The notes: generated from the sequence alone by a model not told the origin. A stretch of 64,000 nucleotides of DNA from an uncultured Nitrospiraceae bacterium (GCA_963727805.1 CAVSHF010000003.1:352001-416000), one strand, 5' to 3'. Shown: positions 42,974 through 52,890, counted from the stretch's first letter. Made by a program: numbers and translations.

Positions 42974-43990
42974 CTATTGGTCGAGACCGGGGAAGATCGA
43001 AGGTCTTACATCGATAGGCTTTTCGGGCCTGATGCCCGGATCGACAATCTTTCTTTTTTCTTTATCACTGATTGAACGGCTCTCACGGGTTTTAGCATTG
43101 CGCTCTTCGTTTTTTTCGATAGTGGTTCTGGGAGGTGGTGCCGGCGTAACCGAGGGTGGAATGATCGGCAGGGGTTGCGGCTGCTCCACTTTGGCAGGTT
43201 CAGATGTCTGTGACGGAGCGGTAGAAGCCTGTTGGAGTGCAGGTTTGTGGCTCGAAAGCAGTATTATGCTTATTCTCCTATTTCTGGCATCCCTGGGATC
43301 ATCCTTGACAAGGAGTTCGGTATCCGCATAGCCGACCACTCTTGCGATCCTATCGGAATTTATTCCATCGTTTTCAAGTTCTTTCCGAGCAGCAGAAGCC
43401 CTGCCCGTCGAGAGTTCCCAGTTGGTCATGCCGCTTCCTTTAAAAGGGGCTGAATCGGTATGCCCTTCGACGGCAATCCTGTTGTTCGTATCTTTTATAT
43501 TTCCAGCGACCACGCTGAGAATCTCTTTGCATTTATCATTAGGTGTAGAGCTGCCGGAAAGGAACATGGGGCGTTTCTCAAGGTCGACGATTTGTATTCT
43601 CACACCTCCTTCAACAACATCAAGAAGTACCTGGTCCTTAAGTTTATTCAATTTCTCGTCGATAGCGACCTTGAGTTTTTCTTTGAGGTCCTCAGCGGTC
43701 ATCTCTCCGGTAACGATGTCCTGGGCGCTCGTCTTAATCTCTTTTTGAATGCTGGCGGACTGTTCCATAAAGGAACGTCCCGACTGCTGAAAAACGTTAA
43801 AATTTCTGAAATAATCTGCCAGGACGGCTTTTTTTTCCGGAGTGACCATTGAGATTAGCCAGAGGAGCAGGAAAAATGCCATCATCGCAGTCACAAAATC
43901 GGCGTAGGCGACCTTCCAGCTCCCGCCGTGGGATTCAGCGTGGCCCTTCTTGACTTTCTTAACTACGATGGTTTTTGACTTATCAGCCAT
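42974..43990 (-). CDS. motB: Flagellar stator MotB (pair 1)
   Basis: WKVAYADFVTAMMAFF, OmpA-like GHTD..NWELS..RA..NRR. Confidence 0.93.
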   Translation of the reverse strand: MADKSKTIVVKKVKKGHAESHGGSWKVAYADFVTAMMAFFLLLWLISMVTPEKKAVLADYFRNFNVFQQSGRSFMEQSASIQKEIKTSAQDIVTGEMTAEDLKEKLKVAIDEKLNKLKDQVLLDVVEGGVRIQIVDLEKRPMFLSGSSTPNDKCKEILSVVAGNIKDTNNRIAVEGHTDSAPFKGSGMTNWELSTGRASAARKELENDGINSDRIARVVGYADTELLVKDDPRDARNRRISIILLSSHKPALQQASTAPSQTSEPAKVEQPQPLPIIPPSVTPAPPPRTTIEKNEERNAKTRESRSISDKEKRKIVDPGIRPEKPIDVRPSIFPGLDQ

Positions 43991-44847
43991 TATTTCTTCA
44001 TAGCCCGGAGGGCGTCTTCTACTTCGATGAATGACGGTTTTTCATGTCCTGGGATGGCCCGTCTTGCAAACTCGACTGCGATCTGCGGCGCAGCGCCGCC
44101 AATGAATGACACGAGGCCCACTTTAAGGACATTAAGGTAGTCTTTATCTTCACTGATTACCTGCTCAAGGTTTCTGGCAAGGGGACCCACGAAGCCGTAA
44201 CAGAGCAAAACGCCCAGAAACGTTCCTACGAGGGCCGCACCGATGCTGTGGCCCAAGACTTCCGGCGGTTCCTTCATTTTGCCCATAGTGAGGACGACAC
44301 CAAGGACCGCTGCAACGATACCGAGTCCCGGGAGGGCATCTGCAACATTGTTAAGGCTTTTAGCCGGTGCAACTCCCTCTTCGTGGTGAGCATCCAGTTC
44401 ATTGTCGAGTATGGATTCGAGCTCATAGGAAGATATGCTTGTGGTCATAACAGTCCGCAGAGTATCAGTTACTAGATTTACTGCATGATGGTTTTTCAGG
44501 AAATTGGGATGGTTGCTGAATATCTTACTCTCTTCGGGGCTGTCGACATCGGCTTCGATGGAGACGAGACCTTCCTTGCGGATTTTTGAGAATATTTCGC
44601 TCAACATCAAGAGAGAATCCATGTAATCAGCCTTTGAATAGCTTTTACCTGTTAGCGCCTTGACAATGCTTTTTATGATATTAATTATGACTTTAAGAGG
44701 GGAGGCAATAACCAAAGCACCGATGGATGCCCCCCCGATGATGACCAGTTCAGCTGGCTGGAAGAGGACCGAGAGGTTGCCGTGTTCCATCAGATAGCCG
44801 CCGATAACACTTGCTAGAACGATTATTGAACCAATGATGATAAACAT
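43990..44847 (-). CDS. motA: Flagellar stator MotA (pair 1)
   Basis: QPAELVIIGG, PGLGIVAAVLGVV, AALVGTFLG. Confidence 0.93.
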   Translation of the reverse strand: MFIIIGSIIVLASVIGGYLMEHGNLSVLFQPAELVIIGGASIGALVIASPLKVIINIIKSIVKALTGKSYSKADYMDSLLMLSEIFSKIRKEGLVSIEADVDSPEESKIFSNHPNFLKNHHAVNLVTDTLRTVMTTSISSYELESILDNELDAHHEEGVAPAKSLNNVADALPGLGIVAAVLGVVLTMGKMKEPPEVLGHSIGAALVGTFLGVLLCYGFVGPLARNLEQVISEDKDYLNVLKVGLVSFIGGAAPQIAVEFARRAIPGHEKPSFIEVEDALRAMKK

Positions 44848-44859
44848 GTCGGCCCTGTC

Positions 44860-45390
44860 TTAGCCCCGTTTTTTTCGCAGGATGTCCCGCTGGGTTTTGA
44901 AGACAAATTTGACGATATGATCCCTAATTTCGTCATCAATGGTGACGAACTTGACTGCAGTATGATACAGACCATTCGTGGCCCGAGCATCGACTACCTC
45001 GCCGTAAATATATAAGGTATAGACCGGGGTTATGGGGAGCATTATTTTCATCTCAAGGATGTTGCCACTTTGATATTTTTCGGCCGAATCAAAACACAAG
45101 CCTCCTCCACTGATGTTGACCTTTCTCTGGGAGATGATCGGAACCTTTTCATTTTGATCGGCAAGGGCGCTGATGATGGCGTCAAGCTTGGCATTTATCA
45201 TCTTGAGCCATTCCGCCAGTAAAATATCCTCTACTTCTGGAGGTATCTGGTATTCCGGCAGGCTTGCTTCTCCGGCGATAAAAGACCTTATATTCTGACG
45301 CTCTTCGGTAGAGATGAGTCGAACTTCGAGCGGAATTACCGCATCGACTCTGGAAAACTCTCTTAAATTTTTTTCGCTGGAATCTGCCAT
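44860..45390 (-). CDS. PilZ-domain c-di-GMP receptor
   Basis: RxxxR (REFSR) and (D/N)xSxxG (NISGGG) motifs. Confidence 0.88.
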   Translation of the reverse strand: MADSSEKNLREFSRVDAVIPLEVRLISTEERQNIRSFIAGEASLPEYQIPPEVEDILLAEWLKMINAKLDAIISALADQNEKVPIISQRKVNISGGGLCFDSAEKYQSGNILEMKIMLPITPVYTLYIYGEVVDARATNGLYHTAVKFVTIDDEIRDHIVKFVFKTQRDILRKKRG

Positions 45391-45456
45391 ATTTCCCCTT
45401 TCTTTGTTAATTATAACACCTGGAATTATTTTGGTTATAGTATAGAGAAGATCCCG

Positions 45457-46107
45457 TTATCTTATTGAAACGGGTGCCAGGACAATCTCTACCCGCCTGT
45501 TTTTTGCCCGTCCTTCATCTGTAGCGCTCGAAGCGAGCGGTTTGTATTCACCATATCCTGCTATGATAAACCTGTTGGGATCAAGCTCGTGCTGCAGGAA
45601 AAGATTGAGCACACTGGCAGCCCGGGCTGTCGAAAGCTCCCAGTTTGATGCATATTTGCCGCCCGAAATCGGCACGTTGTCGGTGTGACCCTCGATCACG
45701 ATCCTGCCCGGGTTTTTCTTAAGGATTTCGGCGAGATTAGCAAGGGCAGAAGCCATTTTATCCTTGATATCAGCGGAGCCGGACATAAAGGCCGTGTCGT
45801 TTGACAAAGTGACAACTATTCCCCTCGGATCACTTTTTACATTGATGCCCTCGATACTTGCAACAGTCTTGCTGATTTCAGCCATAAGCGGCTTTTTGCT
45901 CTCTCCCACGCCCGAAATAGGACGCTCGATGACATTAAATGCTTGGCGCAGAGAGGTCGAGAATTGCCCGATCTTTTCCTTGTCCACCGTTGAAAGCGCG
46001 TAGAGAGCTGCAAAAAAAGTGAACATCAGAGTCAAAAAATCGGCGTAAGATATGAGCCACCGATCGAGCTGTTCGTGATCTTCTTGCCGTCTCTTCCGTC
46101 TTTTCAT
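45457..46107 (-). CDS. Flagellar stator B subunit (MotD/MotB-like, pair 2)
   Basis: RWLISYADFLTL, GHTDN..NWELSTARA..NRRVE. Confidence 0.9.
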   Translation of the reverse strand: MKRRKRRQEDHEQLDRWLISYADFLTLMFTFFAALYALSTVDKEKIGQFSTSLRQAFNVIERPISGVGESKKPLMAEISKTVASIEGINVKSDPRGIVVTLSNDTAFMSGSADIKDKMASALANLAEILKKNPGRIVIEGHTDNVPISGGKYASNWELSTARAASVLNLFLQHELDPNRFIIAGYGEYKPLASSATDEGRAKNRRVEIVLAPVSIR

Positions 46108-46132
46108 AGATTCCTCACGAGGTTGTATTCAA

Positions 46133-46906
46133 TTACAGGCCAACTCCTGATTCGCCTCTCTCTCGTTCTTCAAGGAAGGCATTAAGCTTCGCCCTGAGGA
46201 AAAAAGGGTTAATGCCGCTTTCGACGCCGAGGACTCCTTCAACGATAAGATCCATCATGTAGATATCTTCATTCATGCGGCTGATGATTCTTTTCGAGAT
46301 GGGAAGCAGAACGAGGTTCGCCGAGCCGACCCCGTATATTGTAGCGACAAACGCAACGGAAATGCCGGAGCCGATCTTTGACGGCTCGGCGACGTTGCTC
46401 ATCACCTGGATAAGCCCCAGTACCGCGCCGAGTATACCAATAGTGGGTGCATATCCCCCCGCGGATTCAAATACTTTAGCGGCTCTCCTCATCTTTGTTT
46501 CATAGGTGGCTATCTCCTGATCGAGGATGTCTCTGATCATTTTTGGGGGCATGCCGTCAACTACGAGATTGAGACCTTTTCTCAAAAAAGCGTTTTCGAT
46601 CTGCATTATCTGTGGCTGCAGTGCAATCAGGCCCATGCGCCTGGCCTGAACGAGGATGTTAACAGAGTCTTCAATGATCAGAAGTGGATTGCGTTCCTCC
46701 CGTGAAAAGACTGTGCCAAGAGATATTACGGCAGTCCTGAGGTCCCTGAGCGGATAGCTCAGCATGGTTGCGCCCGCGGTTCCTCCAAAGACAATCATGG
46801 CAGCTGCGACCTGGATGAGATGGGCCGTCGTGCCGCCCTCAACAAGATTGCCGACGACGATTGCTCCCAAACCGATGATCAGGCCTAATAAGGCAATAAT
46901 ATCCAT
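46133..46906 (-). CDS. Flagellar stator A subunit (MotC/MotA-like, pair 2)
   Basis: IVFGGT, GGYAPTIGILGAVLGLI, AFVATIYG. Confidence 0.9.
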   Translation of the reverse strand: MDIIALLGLIIGLGAIVVGNLVEGGTTAHLIQVAAAMIVFGGTAGATMLSYPLRDLRTAVISLGTVFSREERNPLLIIEDSVNILVQARRMGLIALQPQIMQIENAFLRKGLNLVVDGMPPKMIRDILDQEIATYETKMRRAAKVFESAGGYAPTIGILGAVLGLIQVMSNVAEPSKIGSGISVAFVATIYGVGSANLVLLPISKRIISRMNEDIYMMDLIVEGVLGVESGINPFFLRAKLNAFLEERERGESGVGL

Positions 46907-47074
46907 TATTCTCTTGATCCTTCAATAAGGTGCTCTGATTGGATAGGCCCTTGAGGAGTCATTAATGAACTGGCATGAAAAAGCATTACTCATTATAAGC
47001 GTTGTATGGGTAATTATCAAGATATCAGCATGATTATTATCGATAAATAAGTGTCGACTATTACTCGTGTATGT

Positions 47075-47917
47075 TTACAGCTTAAAAGTAAGATACCCCG
47101 ACAGAAGTATCATCAACCCTCCGACGAGGGTTGCGATACCGACCGCTTCGTGGAGGAACATCATACCGAGGATTATCACGCAGATCGGTTCTAGATAGCC
47201 AAGGATTGAAGCGGTATAGGCCGTCACATCCTTCATGCCCCTGAAATAGAGAACTGGTGCGATTATTGAATGGATGATGCCCATCACCACAAAAGCCCAC
47301 CATGCAGAAAGAAAATTATGTGGTATTTCTATGAAGGGCAGAAGGATGAGAACTATGATCATGTTCTGGAAAAAGGTCATGACCACGGGGTCAAAGGAAG
47401 GGGAGAGGATTCTGAGTATGATTATCAGGACGCCATAGGCGAGACCTGATAAGAGCCCAGCCATGATGCCGGCGATGTTCTTATCTCCCGCGAAGAAGAG
47501 ACTACCAATCTGATCAGCCGAGACTCCCAGCATGATCCAGAGGCCGGCAGTTGCTGTAATAACAGAAACGGCGGCTCCAAATGATATCTTCTCCTTCAAG
47601 AAAAGTGGGGCAAGCAGGGCGACAAATATCGGTGCAGTATAGTGAGTCAGCACGGCATTCGCGACAGAGGTATTTTGGTATGCAAAATAGAAGCAAAAGG
47701 TATTGATTAGACTCACCGGTCCTAGCACGAGAAGGCTCGACAATGGACGAATACTGTGCAACGAGGCCCTCCGTTGCCGCTTGAAAAAAGAGAGGCCGAT
47801 AAGAGCCGAGGAGATTAAGCAGGAAAAAAAAATGAGTGTCGATACGGGCATACCGGAAAACCTTATGATGATCCCGATGAAGCTCCACAGAAAGATAGCG
47901 AGGAGTATCCAGATCAT
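47075..47917 (-). CDS. DMT/EamA family transporter
   Basis: About 10 hydrophobic segments, YTAPIF..LFLKE and YLEP motifs. Confidence 0.88.
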   Translation of the reverse strand: MIWILLAIFLWSFIGIIIRFSGMPVSTLIFFSCLISSALIGLSFFKRQRRASLHSIRPLSSLLVLGPVSLINTFCFYFAYQNTSVANAVLTHYTAPIFVALLAPLFLKEKISFGAAVSVITATAGLWIMLGVSADQIGSLFFAGDKNIAGIMAGLLSGLAYGVLIIILRILSPSFDPVVMTFFQNMIIVLILLPFIEIPHNFLSAWWAFVVMGIIHSIIAPVLYFRGMKDVTAYTASILGYLEPICVIILGMMFLHEAVGIATLVGGLMILLSGYLTFKL

Positions 47918-48060
47918 GGCCGGGCCGGTGGAGCGGAAAAATGTTGCAAATTCGCTGACATTCTCATCATAATTAATCTATTAGGTCAGAACGAAAAATG
48001 CAATGCCGTAGATTTCAGCTGATGTAATATTCTGGTGGTGTAACATAAAACTGTGAGAAC

Positions 48061-49299
48061 ATGAGTACAAAATTCAGAACTATCGAAAGTAAAGGATACC
48101 TTCCTATCGCTTCCAACAGACTTATTGTCGGAACAAAGCTACCCTGTAATTTATATATGAAGGAAGGGGGGATATTCCGGATTCTTTTTGATAGCAACAC
48201 CGATTATACCAAGATAACCCAGGAGTTTCTGATAGATCGGGGATTTAAGGAGCTTTACATTTCGGACGAAGACAAGGAACTCTTTGACGCATATGTGTCA
48301 AAAAACATTGATGACGGCACATCCGTACTCGATAGCCCAAAGGCTTTCAAAGATTACACCTTCCGCAAGGATAAATATTACCAGATCGATAAACACATGC
48401 TTGTCCTGGGGACAGATGTTCCGTTCTGTATTTATGCGATGAAGAATTATGACTATTCTCTTGTACTACATGCTACTTCCGGCCTCCCGGGGAAGATTGA
48501 TGAGAAGGTGTTGTCCCTTCCCGGCGATGTGCTAATCTCTCAAGCAGATATCCCCCTCTACAATGAATATCTCAATTCTGTCCTTCGGTCACCCAACCTA
48601 AGCGGCAAAGACATTGAACGTATGAAGGCGCTTGTTGTCAAAGAGAATTCAAAGATTATTGTGAAAGACTTGTTCGAAAACCCGAGGAGCGGTGAGAAAA
48701 TCCAGGAAGTACAGGGTGTCGTCAATACTATGATCGATAGTATCATAGCGAACAAGGACACTATTCACGATCTTCTGTCGCTCAGGGGGTTTGATTATTA
48801 CACGTACACTCATTCGGTAAATGTGGGTGTTTTATCGGTAGGCCTTGGCGTAGCGATTAATCTTGAGAAAGATGACATCGAAAAACTTGGCATGGGAGCA
48901 ATGCTCCACGATATAGGGAAAAGCGCCATCCCTTCGGAAATTCTTAACAAACAGGGAAAGCTTGATGACAGGGAATTCTTCATCATTCAGAGCCATGTGT
49001 ATGAAGGCGAGAAGCTTCTGAAGGAGAACAGCCGATTGCCTCATGAATCACTTCCGGCCGTTATTCAGCATCATGAAAAAATAAGCGGGAGGGGGTACCC
49101 CGCGCGTCTTGCTGAAAAGGAGATCATGCTCTTCGGCAGGATAACCGCTATCGCGGACTGCTACGATGCCATGACAACTACGCGGCCATACCGGCAGGCA
49201 CTCACACCTTTTTACGCACTTGCGACTATTGCCAAAGAGACCGGCAATTATGATCCTGAGATCCTCAGGGTCTTTATCAAAATGCTTGGAAAACTCTGA
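48061..49299 (+). CDS. HD-GYP domain phosphodiesterase
   Basis: YTHS, LHDIGK, HHEK..G.GYP, ADCYDAM. Confidence 0.92.
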   Translation: MSTKFRTIESKGYLPIASNRLIVGTKLPCNLYMKEGGIFRILFDSNTDYTKITQEFLIDRGFKELYISDEDKELFDAYVSKNIDDGTSVLDSPKAFKDYTFRKDKYYQIDKHMLVLGTDVPFCIYAMKNYDYSLVLHATSGLPGKIDEKVLSLPGDVLISQADIPLYNEYLNSVLRSPNLSGKDIERMKALVVKENSKIIVKDLFENPRSGEKIQEVQGVVNTMIDSIIANKDTIHDLLSLRGFDYYTYTHSVNVGVLSVGLGVAINLEKDDIEKLGMGAMLHDIGKSAIPSEILNKQGKLDDREFFIIQSHVYEGEKLLKENSRLPHESLPAVIQHHEKISGRGYPARLAEKEIMLFGRITAIADCYDAMTTTRPYRQALTPFYALATIAKETGNYDPEILRVFIKMLGKL

Positions 49300-49301
49300 T
49301 T

Positions 49302-50564
49302 ATGGATCTGTTCAACGCGGAACCTGATCCCGGCCATGAACAGAGTGGAGGTGGCCATGCGGAGCCTCTTGCTTTTCGCATGAGCCCGCGTACGCTCGAT
49401 GAATATGTGGGACAGGAACATATAATAGGCAAAGACAAGCTCCTGAGAAGGGCTATCAAGGCAGATAGAATAACGTCGCTGATTCTCTACGGGCCTCCGG
49501 GGACCGGCAAGACGGCCCTTGCTAAGGTGATTGCGGCCAGGACACAATCGCGCTTCGAATGGCTCAATGCCGCGACTGCCGGACTCGATGATTTGCGTAA
49601 GGTAATACACTCCTCCAGAAACCGCAAAGCTAAAGGTATACGCACGATTCTATTTCTCGATGAGATTCACCGATTCAATAAGCTTCAACAGGATGCGCTC
49701 TTGCCCGATGTTGAAGAGGGCAATATTATTCTTGTCGCGGCAACCGTGGAGAATCCCTTTTTCTACGTAAATTCGGCGCTGCTCTCGCGGAGCCAGGTTT
49801 TCGAGCTAAAGCATCTGACATCCAGTGATATTATGAAAATACTTAGCAACGCCTTGAATGACCGGGAGCGGGGTCTGGGCAAAATGAACATAGTTGCCGA
49901 AGATGACGCGCTTATGCATATTGCGAAGATGTCCGACGGAGATGGCCGAAAGGCTCTTTCAGCTCTCGAGATAGCTGCGCTTACGACTCAACCTGATGCC
50001 GGTGGCGTAATAAGGATAACTATTGGTGTTGCTGAGGATTCGATTCAGAAGAAAGTTATCGTTTACGATAAAAAGGGTGACCAGCATTACGACACGATCT
50101 CGGCTTTCATAAAAAGCATGAGGGGATCGGACCCTGATGCGGCCGTGTATTATCTTGCAAAGATGATTTATGCGGGCGAAGACCCTCGGTTTATCGCGCG
50201 GAGGATTGTGATCTGCGCATCAGAGGATGTTGGAAACGCCGACCCGATGGCCCTTGTTGTTGCAACCTCTGCCTTGCGTGCTGTCGAGTTCATTGGTATG
50301 CCGGAAGCCCGGATTCCTCTTGCTCAGGCGACAACGTACATAGCAGTGGCCCCCAAGAGCAACGCTTCATACAAGGCTATTGATGCTGCCCTTGAGGACA
50401 TAAAGTCTGAAGAGACTATGGAAGTCCCCGATCATCTCAAGTCCAGCAGCTACTCCGGCGCCAAACAATTAGGGCACGGAGAAGGCTATAAATATCCGCA
50501 TGCATTTGGCGGACACGTCGAGCAGGAATACCTTCCTCAGAAAAGGAAGTATTACACTCCATAG
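49302..50564 (+). CDS. rarA: Replication-associated recombination protein A
   Basis: GPPGTGKT, DEIHRFNK.QQD, ISAFIKS.RGSD. Confidence 0.95.
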   Translation: MDLFNAEPDPGHEQSGGGHAEPLAFRMSPRTLDEYVGQEHIIGKDKLLRRAIKADRITSLILYGPPGTGKTALAKVIAARTQSRFEWLNAATAGLDDLRKVIHSSRNRKAKGIRTILFLDEIHRFNKLQQDALLPDVEEGNIILVAATVENPFFYVNSALLSRSQVFELKHLTSSDIMKILSNALNDRERGLGKMNIVAEDDALMHIAKMSDGDGRKALSALEIAALTTQPDAGGVIRITIGVAEDSIQKKVIVYDKKGDQHYDTISAFIKSMRGSDPDAAVYYLAKMIYAGEDPRFIARRIVICASEDVGNADPMALVVATSALRAVEFIGMPEARIPLAQATTYIAVAPKSNASYKAIDAALEDIKSEETMEVPDHLKSSSYSGAKQLGHGEGYKYPHAFGGHVEQEYLPQKRKYYTP

Positions 50565-50632
50565 GTCGCTCCTTCATTAGTTCTTCATAGTTCCTTTGCT
50601 AATCTATAAGTAAGTAAGTAAGGAGGTACTAT

Positions 50633-51310
50633 ATGCTTATAATTGACAATTTGAGCAGACAAAATAGAAGCATTCCTGCTATAGATGCCGGGGCTCCAAA
50701 GCTCATTGAGACGGCCACCTTTGCCTTGGGTTGATTCTGGGGACCTGACTCCCAGTTCGGGAGTATCCATGGAGTTATTCGTACAAGGGTGGGGTATGCA
50801 GGCGGCACGAAAAAGAAACCAACTTACCATAGTCTCGGTGATCATTCAGAAGCTCTGCAACTCGATTATGATCCTTCGATCATAACGTTTGCGGAGCTGC
50901 TTGACCTGTTCTGGGCAAGCCACTTTCCTACAGAGAGGTCCTGGTCGCGCCAGTATATGACGGCCGTTTTTTTTCACGATGTAGCGCAAAGACAGCGAAT
51001 CTCCGAGACCATGGAGCGCGAGGCAGCTGCGCTGAAACGCGAAATCAGAACGCTTGTTCTTCCGGCTGATACCTTTTCTATCGCCGAGGATTATCACCAG
51101 AAGCATGCCCTTCAGCGGGATTATGACATCTTGACCGAATTCAAACGGATATACCCGGACTTCAGACATATTATGAATTCGACAGCCGCTGCCCGGGTAA
51201 ATGGGATTCTAGGAGGCTATGGAAGGCTCTCTGTGCATAAGGATGAAATCGAAAGCTATGGCTTGTCGGCAAAGGCGAGAAACTGTCTCATGGGGTATCT
51301 TAAAGAGTAA
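50633..51310 (+). CDS. msrA: Selenocysteine-containing peptide methionine sulfoxide reductase MsrA (Sec34, TGA at 50732-50734), 225 aa
   Basis: AAGGAGGT RBS then ATG 50633; reads ...ETATFALG-TGA-FWGPDSQFG...RVGYAGG...AEDYHQK in one frame; TGA is at the catalytic position of GCFWG. Confidence 0.9.
50741..50768 (+). promoter_or_regulatory. Putative bacterial SECIS element
   Basis: GGA-cctg-ACTCCC-agttc-GGGAGT-a-TCC hairpin; 19 nt separate the UGA from the apical loop, which has G in position 2. Confidence 0.7.
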
Positions 51311-51361
51311 TCTGCAAGTCGTAGATGCATGATAAAAAATTTGAAGATCGAAAGATTTGAG

Positions 51362-51442
51362 TGCTCAATGAAGCAGAAACTAAGGTCCCGACTTGCGGCT
51401 TGAGTCGAGAATCCCTGGCATTTGTGCCGGGGAGGATGTCAA
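51362..51442 (+). mobile_element. Orphan IS200/IS605-family right end (tnpB 3' end / omegaRNA-like remnant)
   Basis: ...ATGAAGCAGAAA...GAATCCCTGGCA-tttg-TGCCGGGGAGGATGTCAA: subterminal hairpin ending in TCAA; no tnpA or tnpB nearby; left boundary uncertain. Confidence 0.65.
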
Positions 51443-51597
51443 GGCTTCTCTCGTTGACGCATCAATATGTTATACAACAAATTGTTATGGAATACATGTT
51501 GAACAGTCTGAAAGCTTAGCGTCTTCTTGATCGACTTGCGAGACGCAGCTATTGCTGCGCCCCTCTCTGGATATGGAATAGATGCAAATGGATCCGG

Positions 51598-52890
51598 TTA
51601 GTGCCTGAAAGCCCGTTGGCCGGTGAATACCATCGTAACTTTAGGATTCGCTTCGTTGCATGCCTCGATGGATTCGCAGTCCCGCTCCGAGCCGCCGGGC
51701 TGCACAATGGCTCTGATACCCTCCTTGATACCTACATCGACGCCGTCGCGGAAGGGGAAAAAGGCGTCCGACACCATCGTAGAGCCTATGAGGCCGCCTT
51801 TATTCTGTTTCGTCTCCGCGTCGATCTCCCGCAAGGCCGCACTGTTGCGCTTACCCTGTGCAGCTTCGAGTTCGAATGATTTGTAGGGCACCCCATACTT
51901 TTTAAAACAGAGGGCATCGGCATATTTTGTATAGGCCTTGAATACAGCAATCTCGGCTACGCCTACACGGTCCTGCTCGCCGGTGCCGATACCCGCGGTT
52001 ACGCCATCCTTGACATAAATCACCGAGTTTGATGTAATCCCCTGCTCGACATTCCAACCAAAAAGCATATCGTCATACTCCTCGGATGTGGGCTGGCGCT
52101 CGATAGAGTATTCTTTCCCTTTGCAAACAGTTTTTGCGGGAAGGAAATCATCCCTCGTTCCGATGCGATTCACGGGCGACTGCTGTACGATGATACCCCC
52201 GTCGATCAACGACTTGAAGTCCACGAATCTGAGCGTGCGATGCTTTTCGAGTTTCTTGATACCATCTATCCTTACAATACGGAGGTTCTTACGCTTCGCA
52301 AGGATATCAAAGACACCATCCTCATAATCGGGTGCCCCGACAACTTCCAGATAGTTGTTCTCCACCATCTCAGCGGTGGTCTTATCCATAGGTCGGTTCA
52401 CGACCAGGCATCCGCCGAAGGCAGCAATACGATCAGCCATATTCGCTTTGTTATAAGCGTCGGCAACATTCTTCCCGCACGCGACGCCGCAAGGGTTATT
52501 GTGCTTCATAATTGCTGCTGCCGGCCGTTCAGCAAGGAACTTGAGAATGTTCAGCGCATTGTCGAGGTCCGTCAGGTTTGTTTTGCCAGGGTGTTTGCCT
52601 GCCTGAAGCATGTCCTCTTCGTTAATGCGGCTGACAAGCCCGTTGCCGACGTCAATATACTTGCAGTTGCCGAGTACAAGATTTCCGCTGATCAGCTCGT
52701 ACAGAGCGGCCTGCTGATCGGGGTTCTCGCCGTAACGAAGACCTTTTTCGATGAGGTCGCCCGTTTTGTCGTCGGCTATCTTCCAGGTGCGCTTGCGATA
52801 GGAGAGGACCTGCCCACCGAAGCTGATTGTGATCTGTGCGGGGAAGTCATCATCCATAATAGTCTTGTACATCTTTTTTAAGTCGGCCAT
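51598..52890 (-). CDS. purH: PurH-like AICAR transformylase domain protein lacking the N-terminal MGS-like domain
   Basis: LRYGENP.Q, MKHNNPCG, AFGG, SDAFFPFRD, QPGGS, R.FRH. Confidence 0.85.
   Translation of the reverse strand: MADLKKMYKTIMDDDFPAQITISFGGQVLSYRKRTWKIADDKTGDLIEKGLRYGENPDQQAALYELISGNLVLGNCKYIDVGNGLVSRINEEDMLQAGKHPGKTNLTDLDNALNILKFLAERPAAAIMKHNNPCGVACGKNVADAYNKANMADRIAAFGGCLVVNRPMDKTTAEMVENNYLEVVGAPDYEDGVFDILAKRKNLRIVRIDGIKKLEKHRTLRFVDFKSLIDGGIIVQQSPVNRIGTRDDFLPAKTVCKGKEYSIERQPTSEEYDDMLFGWNVEQGITSNSVIYVKDGVTAGIGTGEQDRVGVAEIAVFKAYTKYADALCFKKYGVPYKSFELEAAQGKRNSAALREIDAETKQNKGGLIGSTMVSDAFFPFRDGVDVGIKEGIRAIVQPGGSERDCESIEACNEANPKVTMVFTGQRAFRH

Noticed and set aside
50685..50885. 66-aa ORF overlapping the msrA 5' region, or a frameshift model for msrA
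   Set aside because: Out-of-frame shadow; MsrA motifs are continuous in one frame through the TGA
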